From the NCBI GenBank assembly GCA_963668625.2, contig CAXXKA010000010.1, positions 32,001 to 96,000 on the forward strand: a stretch of 64,000 nt of DNA, in the 5' to 3' direction. This DNA is from an uncultured candidate division Zixibacteria bacterium. GTDB taxonomy: Bacteria; Zixibacteria; MSB-5A5; UBA10806; 4484-95. The position numbers and the translations under genes are program-made. A model generated the notes under the pieces. The model saw nothing but the letters and a program-made list of their open reading frames with translations, made no database searches and was not told the origin of the DNA. Positions 1 through 10,014 of this stretch are shown in pieces (positions within the stretch are counted from its first letter, which is position 1; each line of letters opens with the position of its first letter).

Positions 1-678
1 GGTGTTACCTTCCTCTCGTACGGTTCTCAGGAAAGACGCGGCGAATACGGTGAGGATCTTGGCCAGTTCAACTCCTACGATATCGCTCTCACTTTATCTT
101 ACGGTACCAAGTTGATGGATAACATGTCGGCCGGTTTATCGGCCAAATATATCAATTCGCATCTGGCGGATGTTGGTGCGGGACGCGAAAAAGGCAAAGG
201 CGTTGGATTCTCGTTCGCCCTCGATGGCGGTTTACTCTACGATGTCAATGATCGCCTGACACTGGCTACTACCGTAACGAACATAGGGCCGGAAATTTCC
301 TATATCGACGCCGACCAGGCTGACCCGCTTCCGAGAAAACTTTCTCTGGCATTCGCTTACAGGCTGGTAAATTCGACTTACAACAGGCTGACTTTCGTTG
401 GAGAGGCCAGCAAACTTCTGGTTGACCTGAATGATGATTTAAATACCGAGGTCGAGGAAATTATCCCTCACGCCGGTTTGGAGTACTGGTACTCCAACTA
501 CGTATCACTGAGGGGCGGTTACATCTATGACGAGGTCGGTCAGCAAAAATATTTCACTACCGGCGCATCGCTTCAGTACAATAACTTAAGATTCGATTTC
601 TCGTATGTTCCGTCCTCCGATGAAAAGTACAACAGGATGGGAAACACGATGAGATTTTCGATGAATGTCGTCTTTTAA
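1..678 (+). CDS. porV: PorV/PorQ-family outer-membrane beta-barrel (T9SS shuttle), 5'-truncated by window edge
   Basis: Frame is open from base 1 (GVTFLSYGSQERRGEYGEDLGQFNSYDIALTLSYG...). Motifs include SAKYINSHL, NIGPEISY..QADPLP, GLEYWY..SLRGGY and KYFTTG, with C-terminal Phe. Confidence 0.8.
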   Translation, partial: GVTFLSYGSQERRGEYGEDLGQFNSYDIALTLSYGTKLMDNMSAGLSAKYINSHLADVGAGREKGKGVGFSFALDGGLLYDVNDRLTLATTVTNIGPEISYIDADQADPLPRKLSLAFAYRLVNSTYNRLTFVGEASKLLVDLNDDLNTEVEEIIPHAGLEYWYSNYVSLRGGYIYDEVGQQKYFTTGASLQYNNLRFDFSYVPSSDEKYNRMGNTMRFSMNVVF

Positions 679-690
679 CGGAGAAACCGG

Positions 691-3600
691 ATGTTGAAGA
701 ATTTTGCATCGCTTGTTATATTAATAGCCCTGGCCGGCGTATTGTTCGGCGCTGATCTGTATATTCCCAAACAACAGGATGGGAAAATAATAGGTCACGA
801 CCTGGGTGTAAATGAAAAGCCCGAAGCTATCAGGTCGATGATTTCCCGAAAAAATCTACTCGGCCTGGAACGCGAAAAGCCATACGGCCTGCCGGTTAAG
901 AAACACGGTAAACCTATCACGGCCGATATACAGGACGTGGATATATTGAATATACTGATACTGCGCGTGGAATTCGAAACCGAGGATCCGGATGATCCGA
1001 CTACCACAGGTAACGGCAATTTCGATCTTCGAAGTTTAGAGGATTTTTTCGCGGAGGAGGGACACGAATTCGATCCAGCGCCTCATAATAAATCTTATTT
1101 CAATTCGCATATGGAGGCTCTTCGTCGATATTACAAATCCGTCTCTGATAATCAGCTTAGTATCACCTGGGATATTTATCCCGAGGCGGAAAATGCCGCT
1201 TATCGTCTGCCACACCCGATGTCATATTACGGCAGCGATGTACCCTCGGACGAGCTTATCTCGCAGCTCCTGGCTTTCCTTCGGGATGGCATTACTATGG
1301 CTGATACGGTAAACCCCGAAATCAATTTCAGCGACTATCAATCGGTATTCGTTTTTCACGCGGGTTCGAATCAACAAAACAATATCGATTTTATCGAGGA
1401 TACGCCAAACGATTTCTGGACAGGATTTCTCTGGACCGAGGATAGTATCGCCGTGGATGATGGCTCTTATTATATCACGGAGGCTTTGATTCTCCCCGAA
1501 ACCGGCTCACAGGATAACCGGGTTACGGTACTAAACGGCGTAATCGCGCACGAGTTCGGCCATCAATTGGGGTTGATAGATATTTACAACACATCTAATT
1601 TCCTGACCCAGGTCGGTAATTTCTCGCTGATGGATAACAACGGCCAGAATATCGCCCTGGAGCTCGACACGCTCGGAACGTTTACGATGGGCGCGTTACC
1701 GTCGTACCCGGATGCATGGTCGAGGGCATATCTGGGATTTTCCGGTGTTACAGAACTGACCAGTGGCGATGATGTCGTAGTCAGGGCGGCCGAACAGAAT
1801 CATCACGATAACGAGATTTTGAAAGTGCCGATATCACAGTACGAATATTTCCTGATAGAGAACCGTCAAACCAAAACCGATTTCGCGTACAAGGATTACG
1901 AGGATAACGGAACGTTGATAACCGACAACGCTATTCTTGCCGATCCGGTCACTGGAGTTATCTTAGGACCCGGTTGGGCTTATTATGGAAGCAATGACAT
2001 TAACAAGGTAGCCAACGGTGAATACGACCGCCTGATGCCGGGTGACGGTATTTTGATATGGCACATAGATGAACTAGTTGCTTATCTCGATTATACTTAT
2101 TCCGGGACGGGCTATAATAATTTCGAATTGAATTCTCTTCAATGGGATTATAACCGACGATTCATATCACTGGTCGAGGCCGATGGCATAGTTGATTTCG
2201 GCGGAAATTACTATGCCGGTTTCGGTGACGCCGATGATTATTTCAATAATTTCAGTTTCCAGCCGCAATCATTCACACCCTCGACTCTTCCCAGTACCAG
2301 GTCGAACCTCGGCGCCGATACGCATATATCGATAACCGATATAAAATCACCGTATATACTCGATCATACCGACAGGATAAACAAGTACTCCGATACGGTG
2401 ATGTATTGCGATGTAGCCGTTGACTGGTATCAGGCCGGTTTCCCGACTATGGGTTTCCCGAATGTAAGTACCGATGGAGGCGGAATACTGGCGATCGATA
2501 TCGATTCGGATGGTTTTGATGAGGCATTGACTGCCCGTGGCAATTTCATTTTAGCGGTAAACGGTGACGCTTCACCGGTTATGGATACTACCTCGGGAGT
2601 TATTATAGAAAGTTTCGATGATGATTCTCTGATTTATATCATCCCTTATTTTGCTTATCTCAGCGGTGGGATTAAGGGTGATTTGATAGGTGGTGATTTC
2701 GATGGCGACGATGCTTTCGAGGTTGCCTGTTTGGATGCTAATGATACTCTGTATATTTTCAAAGGCAGCGATACCAGTCCTCGTGATTCATCGGCCGATC
2801 TGCTGGGTTCGGTGTTCATGTCGGATAGTATAAGCGCCGGCCCGATTGCCAGCGATTTCAACAATGATGGCCTTGATGAAGTAGTTGCCGGAACGTTCAG
2901 TAATAGCATTGCGGTTATCTCCTATTCCGGCAGCCCGACATTGGATATTACGTATTTTGGTACTGGAGTCGATGCAGGTGATTACATAGAAAAAATCAAT
3001 GTCGCGGATGACACTCTTTACGTTCTGGTTGGTAGTATGGATAACAGCCATTATGTAATAAAAGGCGTGCTTGATGATTCGCTGGTGGTCGCTGAAAGCT
3101 ATACGTTGCCCGATGGAGAGTTCGGGGGGATGGTTTGCTGTGATGTCAATCGTGATCAGGTATGCGATATAGTCGCGACTGTAGGTAACAACCTGGTCAT
3201 TCGGGATGGTGCCGATAGCGATGTATCGACAAGTTATACCGTGTCCAATCCCAGTGCACCGGTAATAGGAGATATCGATTCGGATGGTTATCCAGATATC
3301 GTATTTACCGGGGTTAACAATGGTTTATATCTCTATGCATTAAACCATCTGGGAAATATGAAAAACAACTTCCCAACAATGGTTTCGGCAAAATGTTATT
3401 CCGAATGCACGAATGAACCGCTCCTGGTGGACATGGATGCCGATACGAATCCCGATATAATCGTAACGCTGCCTGATGGCGCGCTCGGTTGGGATCTCAC
3501 TTATGCGGAGGAAACCGATAGCGGCACCGTAACCAGGGACACGACCGTTGCCTTACCCACTGGCGGTCTGAGTTGCTTCGATTATCACGGTGACAGATTG

Positions 3601-4116
3601 GGCGGGTTCCCACTTTCGACATCCACCGCTATACCGGTGGAGCCGGCAATAGGCAATTTCGATGATGATGAAGGGCTGGAGATAGTCGCTATTGACTCAT
3701 CCGGTTTCTATTCGATGTGGGATATAGGCTTGTCGACGGCTCAGATTAATGCTCCGTGGAGCCAGGCCGGCGGCGGTTACGACCGTACCGGCTACCTATC
3801 TCCGACTTACGAGAAACCAATTGATGTCAAGCAGGCATTCCTGGATGAGTCGATGGTGTACAATTACCCCAATCCGGCTCAGGACGAGACATATTTCAGG
3901 TATTATGTTGACCAGCCCGCTAACATTAATATAAAAATATTCGATATGACCGGCGAACTGGTTGATGAGTTGGACGGCGCTACCACCGGTCAGGTAGATG
4001 ATGAGATTTTCTGGGATTGTTCGGATTTCGCCTCGGGCGTGTATTTCGCCAGGTTCGAGGCCGACTCTGACGCTGCCAGTGAAAACGTAATGATAAAAAT
4101 AGCTTTGATCAAATAG
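691..4116 (+). CDS. Secreted M6 (immune inhibitor A)-family metalloprotease with FG-GAP/VCBS repeats and T9SS-type C-terminal domain
   Basis: Signal peptide, HAG motif, zinc motif HEFGHQLGLIDIY, EYFLIENR, GILIWHIDE, DxDxDG repeats and CTD VYNYPNP...SGVYFAR...KIALIK. Confidence 0.85.
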   Translation: MLKNFASLVILIALAGVLFGADLYIPKQQDGKIIGHDLGVNEKPEAIRSMISRKNLLGLEREKPYGLPVKKHGKPITADIQDVDILNILILRVEFETEDPDDPTTTGNGNFDLRSLEDFFAEEGHEFDPAPHNKSYFNSHMEALRRYYKSVSDNQLSITWDIYPEAENAAYRLPHPMSYYGSDVPSDELISQLLAFLRDGITMADTVNPEINFSDYQSVFVFHAGSNQQNNIDFIEDTPNDFWTGFLWTEDSIAVDDGSYYITEALILPETGSQDNRVTVLNGVIAHEFGHQLGLIDIYNTSNFLTQVGNFSLMDNNGQNIALELDTLGTFTMGALPSYPDAWSRAYLGFSGVTELTSGDDVVVRAAEQNHHDNEILKVPISQYEYFLIENRQTKTDFAYKDYEDNGTLITDNAILADPVTGVILGPGWAYYGSNDINKVANGEYDRLMPGDGILIWHIDELVAYLDYTYSGTGYNNFELNSLQWDYNRRFISLVEADGIVDFGGNYYAGFGDADDYFNNFSFQPQSFTPSTLPSTRSNLGADTHISITDIKSPYILDHTDRINKYSDTVMYCDVAVDWYQAGFPTMGFPNVSTDGGGILAIDIDSDGFDEALTARGNFILAVNGDASPVMDTTSGVIIESFDDDSLIYIIPYFAYLSGGIKGDLIGGDFDGDDAFEVACLDANDTLYIFKGSDTSPRDSSADLLGSVFMSDSISAGPIASDFNNDGLDEVVAGTFSNSIAVISYSGSPTLDITYFGTGVDAGDYIEKINVADDTLYVLVGSMDNSHYVIKGVLDDSLVVAESYTLPDGEFGGMVCCDVNRDQVCDIVATVGNNLVIRDGADSDVSTSYTVSNPSAPVIGDIDSDGYPDIVFTGVNNGLYLYALNHLGNMKNNFPTMVSAKCYSECTNEPLLVDMDADTNPDIIVTLPDGALGWDLTYAEETDSGTVTRDTTVALPTGGLSCFDYHGDRLGGFPLSTSTAIPVEPAIGNFDDDEGLEIVAIDSSGFYSMWDIGLSTAQINAPWSQAGGGYDRTGYLSPTYEKPIDVKQAFLDESMVYNYPNPAQDETYFRYYVDQPANINIKIFDMTGELVDELDGATTGQVDDEIFWDCSDFASGVYFARFEADSDAASENVMIKIALIK

Positions 4117-4126
4117 AGGAGGAGTC

Positions 4127-4963
4127 ATGCGCCGGATTGCGGCAATCATAACAGTTATTCTTCTAACTACAGGTCTGGTCTGGGGCGGGCAGCTCGATGA
4201 TGACGGTTTAACCGTGGAGCAATATTTTGCCTCTAACCAGTTAACCGCCCAGAATTTTTATGCTTCCAATGAGGTTATCGATGATCTCGATGATGAATTA
4301 CCGCTCACCGGCGATATTTATCAATTCGAAACCAAGTCCACGAAAAGAGCATTCTTCTACTCTTTGCTCGTACCGGGTGCCGGGCAGTATTATGCCGGCT
4401 CCAGGGTCAAACCGGCGGTGTTTTTGGGGGTTGAGGCATTGTTGTGGGCAGGTTATTTTGTCTATGACGGCAAGGGAGATGACGAGAAAAAGCTATATCA
4501 GGATTTTGCCAACGATAATTACCAGTGGCAGGATTTCATGACATGGTGGGAAACCCTTTCGGATGCTCAACAGGATTCGTTTTCGCATCGCCTGCCCTGG
4601 GATGAGGCGAACAATACGGTTACCAGGAATCACGAATATTACGAGAATATCGGTAAATATGATCAGTTTCAGATAGGTTGGATCGATATCGATAACTATG
4701 CCTACCCTCCGCCGTACGGTGATGCTATTACTGAAGGAAGTCGTTCGATTTATCTGGATATGCGTCGTAAAGCCAATGATTACTACCAGAACGCGAACAC
4801 GATGATAATGCTATCGCTCCTGAACAGGATCGTTTCCGCTTTCGAGGCCGCTCTGACCGCCAAGCATTATAACAAAGGCCAAAAACGATTCGCGTTTGAT
4901 CTGAGAATGAAAAATTGGGGCGAGGAAAAAGTCCCCATGCTAACTGTGAACTATAGATTTTGA
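4127..4963 (+). CDS. DUF5683-like exported/membrane protein (paralog 1)
   Basis: RBS GAGGAGG, signal peptide, motif KSTKRAFFYSLLVPGAGQYY, C-terminal beta-strand ending YRF. Confidence 0.65.
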   Translation: MRRIAAIITVILLTTGLVWGGQLDDDGLTVEQYFASNQLTAQNFYASNEVIDDLDDELPLTGDIYQFETKSTKRAFFYSLLVPGAGQYYAGSRVKPAVFLGVEALLWAGYFVYDGKGDDEKKLYQDFANDNYQWQDFMTWWETLSDAQQDSFSHRLPWDEANNTVTRNHEYYENIGKYDQFQIGWIDIDNYAYPPPYGDAITEGSRSIYLDMRRKANDYYQNANTMIMLSLLNRIVSAFEAALTAKHYNKGQKRFAFDLRMKNWGEEKVPMLTVNYRF

Positions 4964-5763
4964 TTATGGTTAGATATTTTATAATTATTACGTTAGTAGC
5001 CGGCTTAAGCGTCACGACTATCGCCGATCCCGATCGGAGTATCGATAAGCTGATGCGCCTGGAGCTGGCCTCGGCCGGTGAACTGGATGACGAGGAGCAG
5101 GGCGAGGAATACAGTTTCCCGCTCTCGAGCAATACCGAGAACAGCCCAAATTTCAAATCATCGGGCAGAGCCGCGCTTTACTCGTTGGCGCTTCCCGGTT
5201 CCGGTCAGTATTACGTTCAAGGCGCTAGTTTGAAAGCCAAGTTTTTTATAGGTTTGGAGGCCGGGTTGTGGTTCTCCTATTTGGGTTTCCATAAATTCAG
5301 CGATTATAAAGATGATGCCTCGAAAGGCTGGGCCGTGGTTCATGCCGGGGCTGATGCCTCCAACTCCGATGATGATTATTGGGTGAAGATGACTTATTAC
5401 GATAATCGCGATAGAAACGAAGACGACGGCCAGGGATACAACCAGATGGTATTAGTGAACGAGCGTGATTACTCTCTTCTGTTTCCCGAAACCTCGCTAT
5501 ACTATTGGAACTGGGACGGCCCGGAGACTCGTCAGAAATACCGAAATCTGCGCAATGAAAGCAAAACCGCTCGCGAACGCGCGGATATCACACTGGGGAT
5601 AATTATAGCTAATCATCTGATATCCGGCATCGAGGCGTTTTTCACCGCAAGCAGACATAACCGTCACATTGAATTTGCCGATACCGGTTTCAAACTAAAG
5701 TACGATATCAGGGCTAATCCAGTAAACCCATCCGTATCCGTAAGTTTAGTTAGAAACTTTTAG
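4960..5763 (+). CDS. DUF5683-like exported/membrane protein (paralog 2)
   Basis: Motif KSSGRAALYSLALPGSGQYY is homologous to the upstream gene. Overlapping stop/start; C-terminal Phe. Confidence 0.65.
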   Translation: MIMVRYFIIITLVAGLSVTTIADPDRSIDKLMRLELASAGELDDEEQGEEYSFPLSSNTENSPNFKSSGRAALYSLALPGSGQYYVQGASLKAKFFIGLEAGLWFSYLGFHKFSDYKDDASKGWAVVHAGADASNSDDDYWVKMTYYDNRDRNEDDGQGYNQMVLVNERDYSLLFPETSLYYWNWDGPETRQKYRNLRNESKTARERADITLGIIIANHLISGIEAFFTASRHNRHIEFADTGFKLKYDIRANPVNPSVSVSLVRNF

Positions 5764-5766
5764 TTT

Positions 5767-6702
5767 ATGTTTACAAGGTATATAATTCCATTCATATTAA
5801 TGCTGCTGGTCGTAGGGTGTTCCTCGACTAATCGTTCCGATATTTCGAATTCATCCGACATAGTGAATCTCCAGGTGATAAATACCATAGGACCGGATAT
5901 AGGTAGTTCCCGTTCTCTCAATTCGCCGAAAGCCATAACGGTAAATCAATCAGGTGATATTTTTATCGCGGATTTCGGTAACGATAGAATCGTGAAACTC
6001 GATTCGACTTACAGGTTGATAAAGGAGGTAGGCGGTTTCGGATCGGGAGACTACTCTTTTAACGGCCCGATCGACCTGGCGCTGGATAAAGTTTCCAATC
6101 TGTACGTTGCCGACTATGGCAACAGCCGGATTATCCGTCTCGACCGTCAATTGAATTTCAGTTCCAGCGAGTATGGTTATATAAAGGATGAGCGGGTTGA
6201 TTTCATCCGGCCGATAAGCATCGGCATTACCGATCGCAACGAGATTATAGTCGGGGATGAAGGATTGGCCGCTTGTTTCAAGCTCGATCAATTCTTCGCT
6301 TATCAATTCGAATTCGGTACTCTGGATGAGATATATTCGGTGGTGTATCCCTCTTCGGTATGCTATAAAAACGGTACTATCTACGTATGCGATCCCGAGT
6401 ACGGTTATCTTTTTACCTATGATGAATTCGGGATGTTCAATGGTACGTTCGGCGAGGAAGTTCTATCCGAACCCGTATCGGTTGCGGTATCGGGTAAGAA
6501 TGAAATATGGGTCGTGGACAGGAAATCGGCTACGCTTCATTTGTTCAACCGACGCGGCAAAGAGCTGTTTCGCTGGAGCGGTGCGGGTATGTACCGTCTA
6601 TATCGCCCGTCGGATATTTTCGTAGACAGTAACAATTTAATTTACCTGGTCGACTCGCAAGCCTCCCGCATTCTTATTCTCAGGCCTTTAATGGGAAATT
6701 AA
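5767..6702 (+). CDS. NHL-repeat beta-propeller lipoprotein
   Basis: Lipobox VVGC; repeats of the type P..I.V...G.I..AD.GN.RI. Confidence 0.8.
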   Translation: MFTRYIIPFILMLLVVGCSSTNRSDISNSSDIVNLQVINTIGPDIGSSRSLNSPKAITVNQSGDIFIADFGNDRIVKLDSTYRLIKEVGGFGSGDYSFNGPIDLALDKVSNLYVADYGNSRIIRLDRQLNFSSSEYGYIKDERVDFIRPISIGITDRNEIIVGDEGLAACFKLDQFFAYQFEFGTLDEIYSVVYPSSVCYKNGTIYVCDPEYGYLFTYDEFGMFNGTFGEEVLSEPVSVAVSGKNEIWVVDRKSATLHLFNRRGKELFRWSGAGMYRLYRPSDIFVDSNNLIYLVDSQASRILILRPLMGN

Positions 6703-6705
6703 ACC

Positions 6706-9700
6706 ATGAGGCTGAAGCTGGCCGTATTTCTCACTTTCTTTTTTATCGCTAATTGCCCCGCAATGGATAATATGACTTTGACCATTCCGCTTAGCGGCGG
6801 TACCGGTCCGTATTTTCTCGAACATTCGCCTATTATCGTAGAAACCGATGTCGTATCATCGGGAGATACCATTTTAATTCGAGGCCGAGATTACCGGATA
6901 GATTATAATAACGGCTATATCATTTTAAGCGATAGCCTCCCCGATTATGACACTCTCGTGGTTACCTTTCAACCCTCGCCGATAACCGTTCGGCGTTCAT
7001 TTACCCGATATAGGCCAATTGCCTATGAAAGTCGGGATACTTTGATTAGCCAACTCGAGCTAAAGCCTCGTTCCTATGGCAGTAACCTGGATATATTCGG
7101 TTCGAAAGGTTTCGCGGTGAATATCGGTGATATCGGCGAACCCTCGTTGACACAAAGTCTCGATTTGAATATCAGCGGCCAGCTCGCCCGGGATGTTTAC
7201 ATTCGTGGAAGTGTATCCGACAGGAATTTCGGTTCATCATCGTCGGGCGGTACGCGTTCCCTGGATGAGCTCGATAAAATATTACTGAGCGTCGAATCGA
7301 AAAATTTCCGTGGTGATTTCGGAGATCTCGAGTTATCGGGTGTGAACGGCTCTCTTCTGGATTATCAGCGCAAGCTAACGGGTTTGGATATCACGGCTAA
7401 TACCGGCGGATTTACCGGCAAATCATCGCTGGCGTTTTCTCCGGGAGAGCAGGTGGAGATATTTTTCTACGGCAGTGACGGCAAGCAAGGGCCGTATATT
7501 CTCGATACCGAAACCACGATGTCCTCCTCGTTAGGCGAGGTTTTTTTACCGGGCACCGAGGAGGTCTACCTGGATGGTGTCAAGCTTACGCGGGGTGTCG
7601 AGAACGATTATACTATCGATTACTACGAGCGTTACGTACAGTTCATGCCGGGTAATATCATAACCTCGGATAGCAGGATTACGGTGAAAATCCAACTGGC
7701 CCCGGAGGGATACCGTCGAAGTTTTTACCATATCAATAGTTTCTACGATAGCGGCTTCAAAATCGGGGCGCAATACGTGGGTGAGCATGATGATAAGGCC
7801 AACCCGAGGAATTTCGAGTTGGGGCAAGCCGAACGATCGGCGCTCGCCGCAGCCGGATCGGTTCAGGATTCTGCTTATGTCAGTGGCGCGAAATTCGTGG
7901 GAGCAGGAGAGGGCGAGTACCTGTTGGTAACCGATTCCTCGGGCAATCAATACTACGATTTCGTTGGCGATAACGCCGGCGATTACACCGTCAGTTTCAG
8001 CCGCGTGGGAGCGGGCGAAGGGGAGTACGAGTATGCCGGAGCCGGCGAGTATTTGTTTGTTGGCGAGGGTGGCGGCGCCTATAGCCCGGTTTTATACTAT
8101 CCTTTGCCGGAATCGCGCGACTTCGGCTCGATAATTATCGGCAAACCAGGTGATATCTATCTGAACGGCGAACTGGCTATCTCTAAATATGATAAGAACA
8201 CGCTTTCGGATGTCGATATGATACAGACGGGGATTGGATTTTCAGGTAATCTGGGTTGGAAAAAAGACAGTCTTACTTTTTGGGGAAAATCATTCTACGC
8301 TCAGTTGCTCGATATGAAGCTGCGCCTGCTGGATAGTGAATTTACCTCACCGGGCATTCTCAACCGCACCGAGTTTTTCCGCGAGTATAACATCCCCCAG
8401 GCGAAATCATACTCATCCGAAAGGCTGGTCGAGGTTAAATCAGGATATAAAACCGTCTCGAATGAAACTATAGATTTCGGCGGCGGTTATTTTCAAAACG
8501 ATCAATATCGTGCCCGTCGTGGTTATGGATTGTTTAACCTGCTGGTCTTTCCTCGTTTGATGATAATCGGTTCTTCCGAGCTATCGCATTCCGAGGACAG
8601 GTACACCGGGACGAAATCCGATTGGAATAAATACGAAACAGGGGTTAAGGTCATCGATAGCCGATTCAAACCCTCTGCGTTTTACCGTCACGAACTTAAC
8701 GATGGTTTGTTGCTTTCCGGTTACGGTTACGAATCGGATGAATACGAGGGCGGGGTAGAGCTTGTTCCCGGCGGAGGTTTCACCACGTCCAGTAAGTTCG
8801 TTTATAGAGACCAACAGTACGCGGAAAGCGAGAACCAGTGGCGCAAGCAATACGATAGATACAGCCTCGAACAGGGAATAAACTATGGCTCATCGGGGGC
8901 GAAATTTACCGGGCAGTTGAATTACTCGAGGGTTTATCAAAAACAATCATATCCCGATATCGAGAAACTCGTACGCAACATGGGCAGTTTAAAATTGAAT
9001 TATAATACTCCTGATATAGGTTTCACTTTCTATGAAAATATCAACGGCACCGGACAGATCAATCGGGCTCGCGAGTATGTTTATGTCGGCGATGGCAAAG
9101 GTGATTACCGTCGCGACGGTGAGGACTACGTGCCCGAACAGGGCGGCGATTATATCGAGGTCATCAGGCAGCTTGGCGAAACAAATCAAATAGGCGGCTA
9201 TGAGATATCCGGCGGCTTACGAGCGAGATTGAATACGAAAGTTCTGACCTCCGATAAAATATTGAGCAGGATTACCCTCGATGGTGATTTCAGCCATCGC
9301 CTGAATTTGTCCTCCGATACTCAACTGGATTTTGAACATCTTGTACCGTTTTCCGGTTATGATGAGTCCGAGATGTCTTACAAGACATTCAGCTATAAGC
9401 AACGATCGACATTGAGGCTGAATAAGGCCGGTGATTATTTACGTCACACGTTCAGCTCCTCTCGAAGCGATGGTAGCGATTATCTTTATGAAAATCTTAG
9501 CGATAGAGAAAATTCCAACGGCGCTGAAATCAAGTTGTTTTCTCGTTCGATAGTCGGTGTTTTAGGCGCCGGCCAATACGCCACCGAAAAAAGATGGTTG
9601 TATTCGGGGAATGTCGATATCGAGAAAATAGAGGCCAGGCTCGTGCCCGAGATAAGGCCGTCCCGGGCAATAAGAATCGAGCTGCCGCTTGGTTATTCCA

Positions 9701-10014
9701 CCGAGGACGAGAAAGTCAAGGACCTGATCGTTGATAGCTATTCTGTCGGCGTCAGGACTGTCGCTAATTTCAAGAATATCGGGCGGCTGGAGGTGGATGG
9801 CGTTTACACACGGGTCGAGGTCGATACCGATAATGCGTTCGTGCCGTATGTCGTAGCCGGCGGTAAAAAGCCCGGTGATAATTTCAACCTGTTGGTCTCG
9901 ACCAGGTTCAAACTCAACTCCTACAGTCGGATTGAGATTCGTTATACTTACAAAGAGCTGGGGGATGGCTACGACAACAGTACTTTGAAGATAGAGGCTA
10001 GGGCGGAATTTTGA
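6706..10014 (+). CDS. Large outer-membrane beta-barrel protein, SprA-like/FCB conserved hypothetical
   Basis: 1102 aa with signal peptide, two 'RG.DY.IDY' modules, QSLDLNISGQL, a beta-rich C-terminal half and terminal EARAEF. Confidence 0.6.
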   Translation: MRLKLAVFLTFFFIANCPAMDNMTLTIPLSGGTGPYFLEHSPIIVETDVVSSGDTILIRGRDYRIDYNNGYIILSDSLPDYDTLVVTFQPSPITVRRSFTRYRPIAYESRDTLISQLELKPRSYGSNLDIFGSKGFAVNIGDIGEPSLTQSLDLNISGQLARDVYIRGSVSDRNFGSSSSGGTRSLDELDKILLSVESKNFRGDFGDLELSGVNGSLLDYQRKLTGLDITANTGGFTGKSSLAFSPGEQVEIFFYGSDGKQGPYILDTETTMSSSLGEVFLPGTEEVYLDGVKLTRGVENDYTIDYYERYVQFMPGNIITSDSRITVKIQLAPEGYRRSFYHINSFYDSGFKIGAQYVGEHDDKANPRNFELGQAERSALAAAGSVQDSAYVSGAKFVGAGEGEYLLVTDSSGNQYYDFVGDNAGDYTVSFSRVGAGEGEYEYAGAGEYLFVGEGGGAYSPVLYYPLPESRDFGSIIIGKPGDIYLNGELAISKYDKNTLSDVDMIQTGIGFSGNLGWKKDSLTFWGKSFYAQLLDMKLRLLDSEFTSPGILNRTEFFREYNIPQAKSYSSERLVEVKSGYKTVSNETIDFGGGYFQNDQYRARRGYGLFNLLVFPRLMIIGSSELSHSEDRYTGTKSDWNKYETGVKVIDSRFKPSAFYRHELNDGLLLSGYGYESDEYEGGVELVPGGGFTTSSKFVYRDQQYAESENQWRKQYDRYSLEQGINYGSSGAKFTGQLNYSRVYQKQSYPDIEKLVRNMGSLKLNYNTPDIGFTFYENINGTGQINRAREYVYVGDGKGDYRRDGEDYVPEQGGDYIEVIRQLGETNQIGGYEISGGLRARLNTKVLTSDKILSRITLDGDFSHRLNLSSDTQLDFEHLVPFSGYDESEMSYKTFSYKQRSTLRLNKAGDYLRHTFSSSRSDGSDYLYENLSDRENSNGAEIKLFSRSIVGVLGAGQYATEKRWLYSGNVDIEKIEARLVPEIRPSRAIRIELPLGYSTEDEKVKDLIVDSYSVGVRTVANFKNIGRLEVDGVYTRVEVDTDNAFVPYVVAGGKKPGDNFNLLVSTRFKLNSYSRIEIRYTYKELGDGYDNSTLKIEARAEF

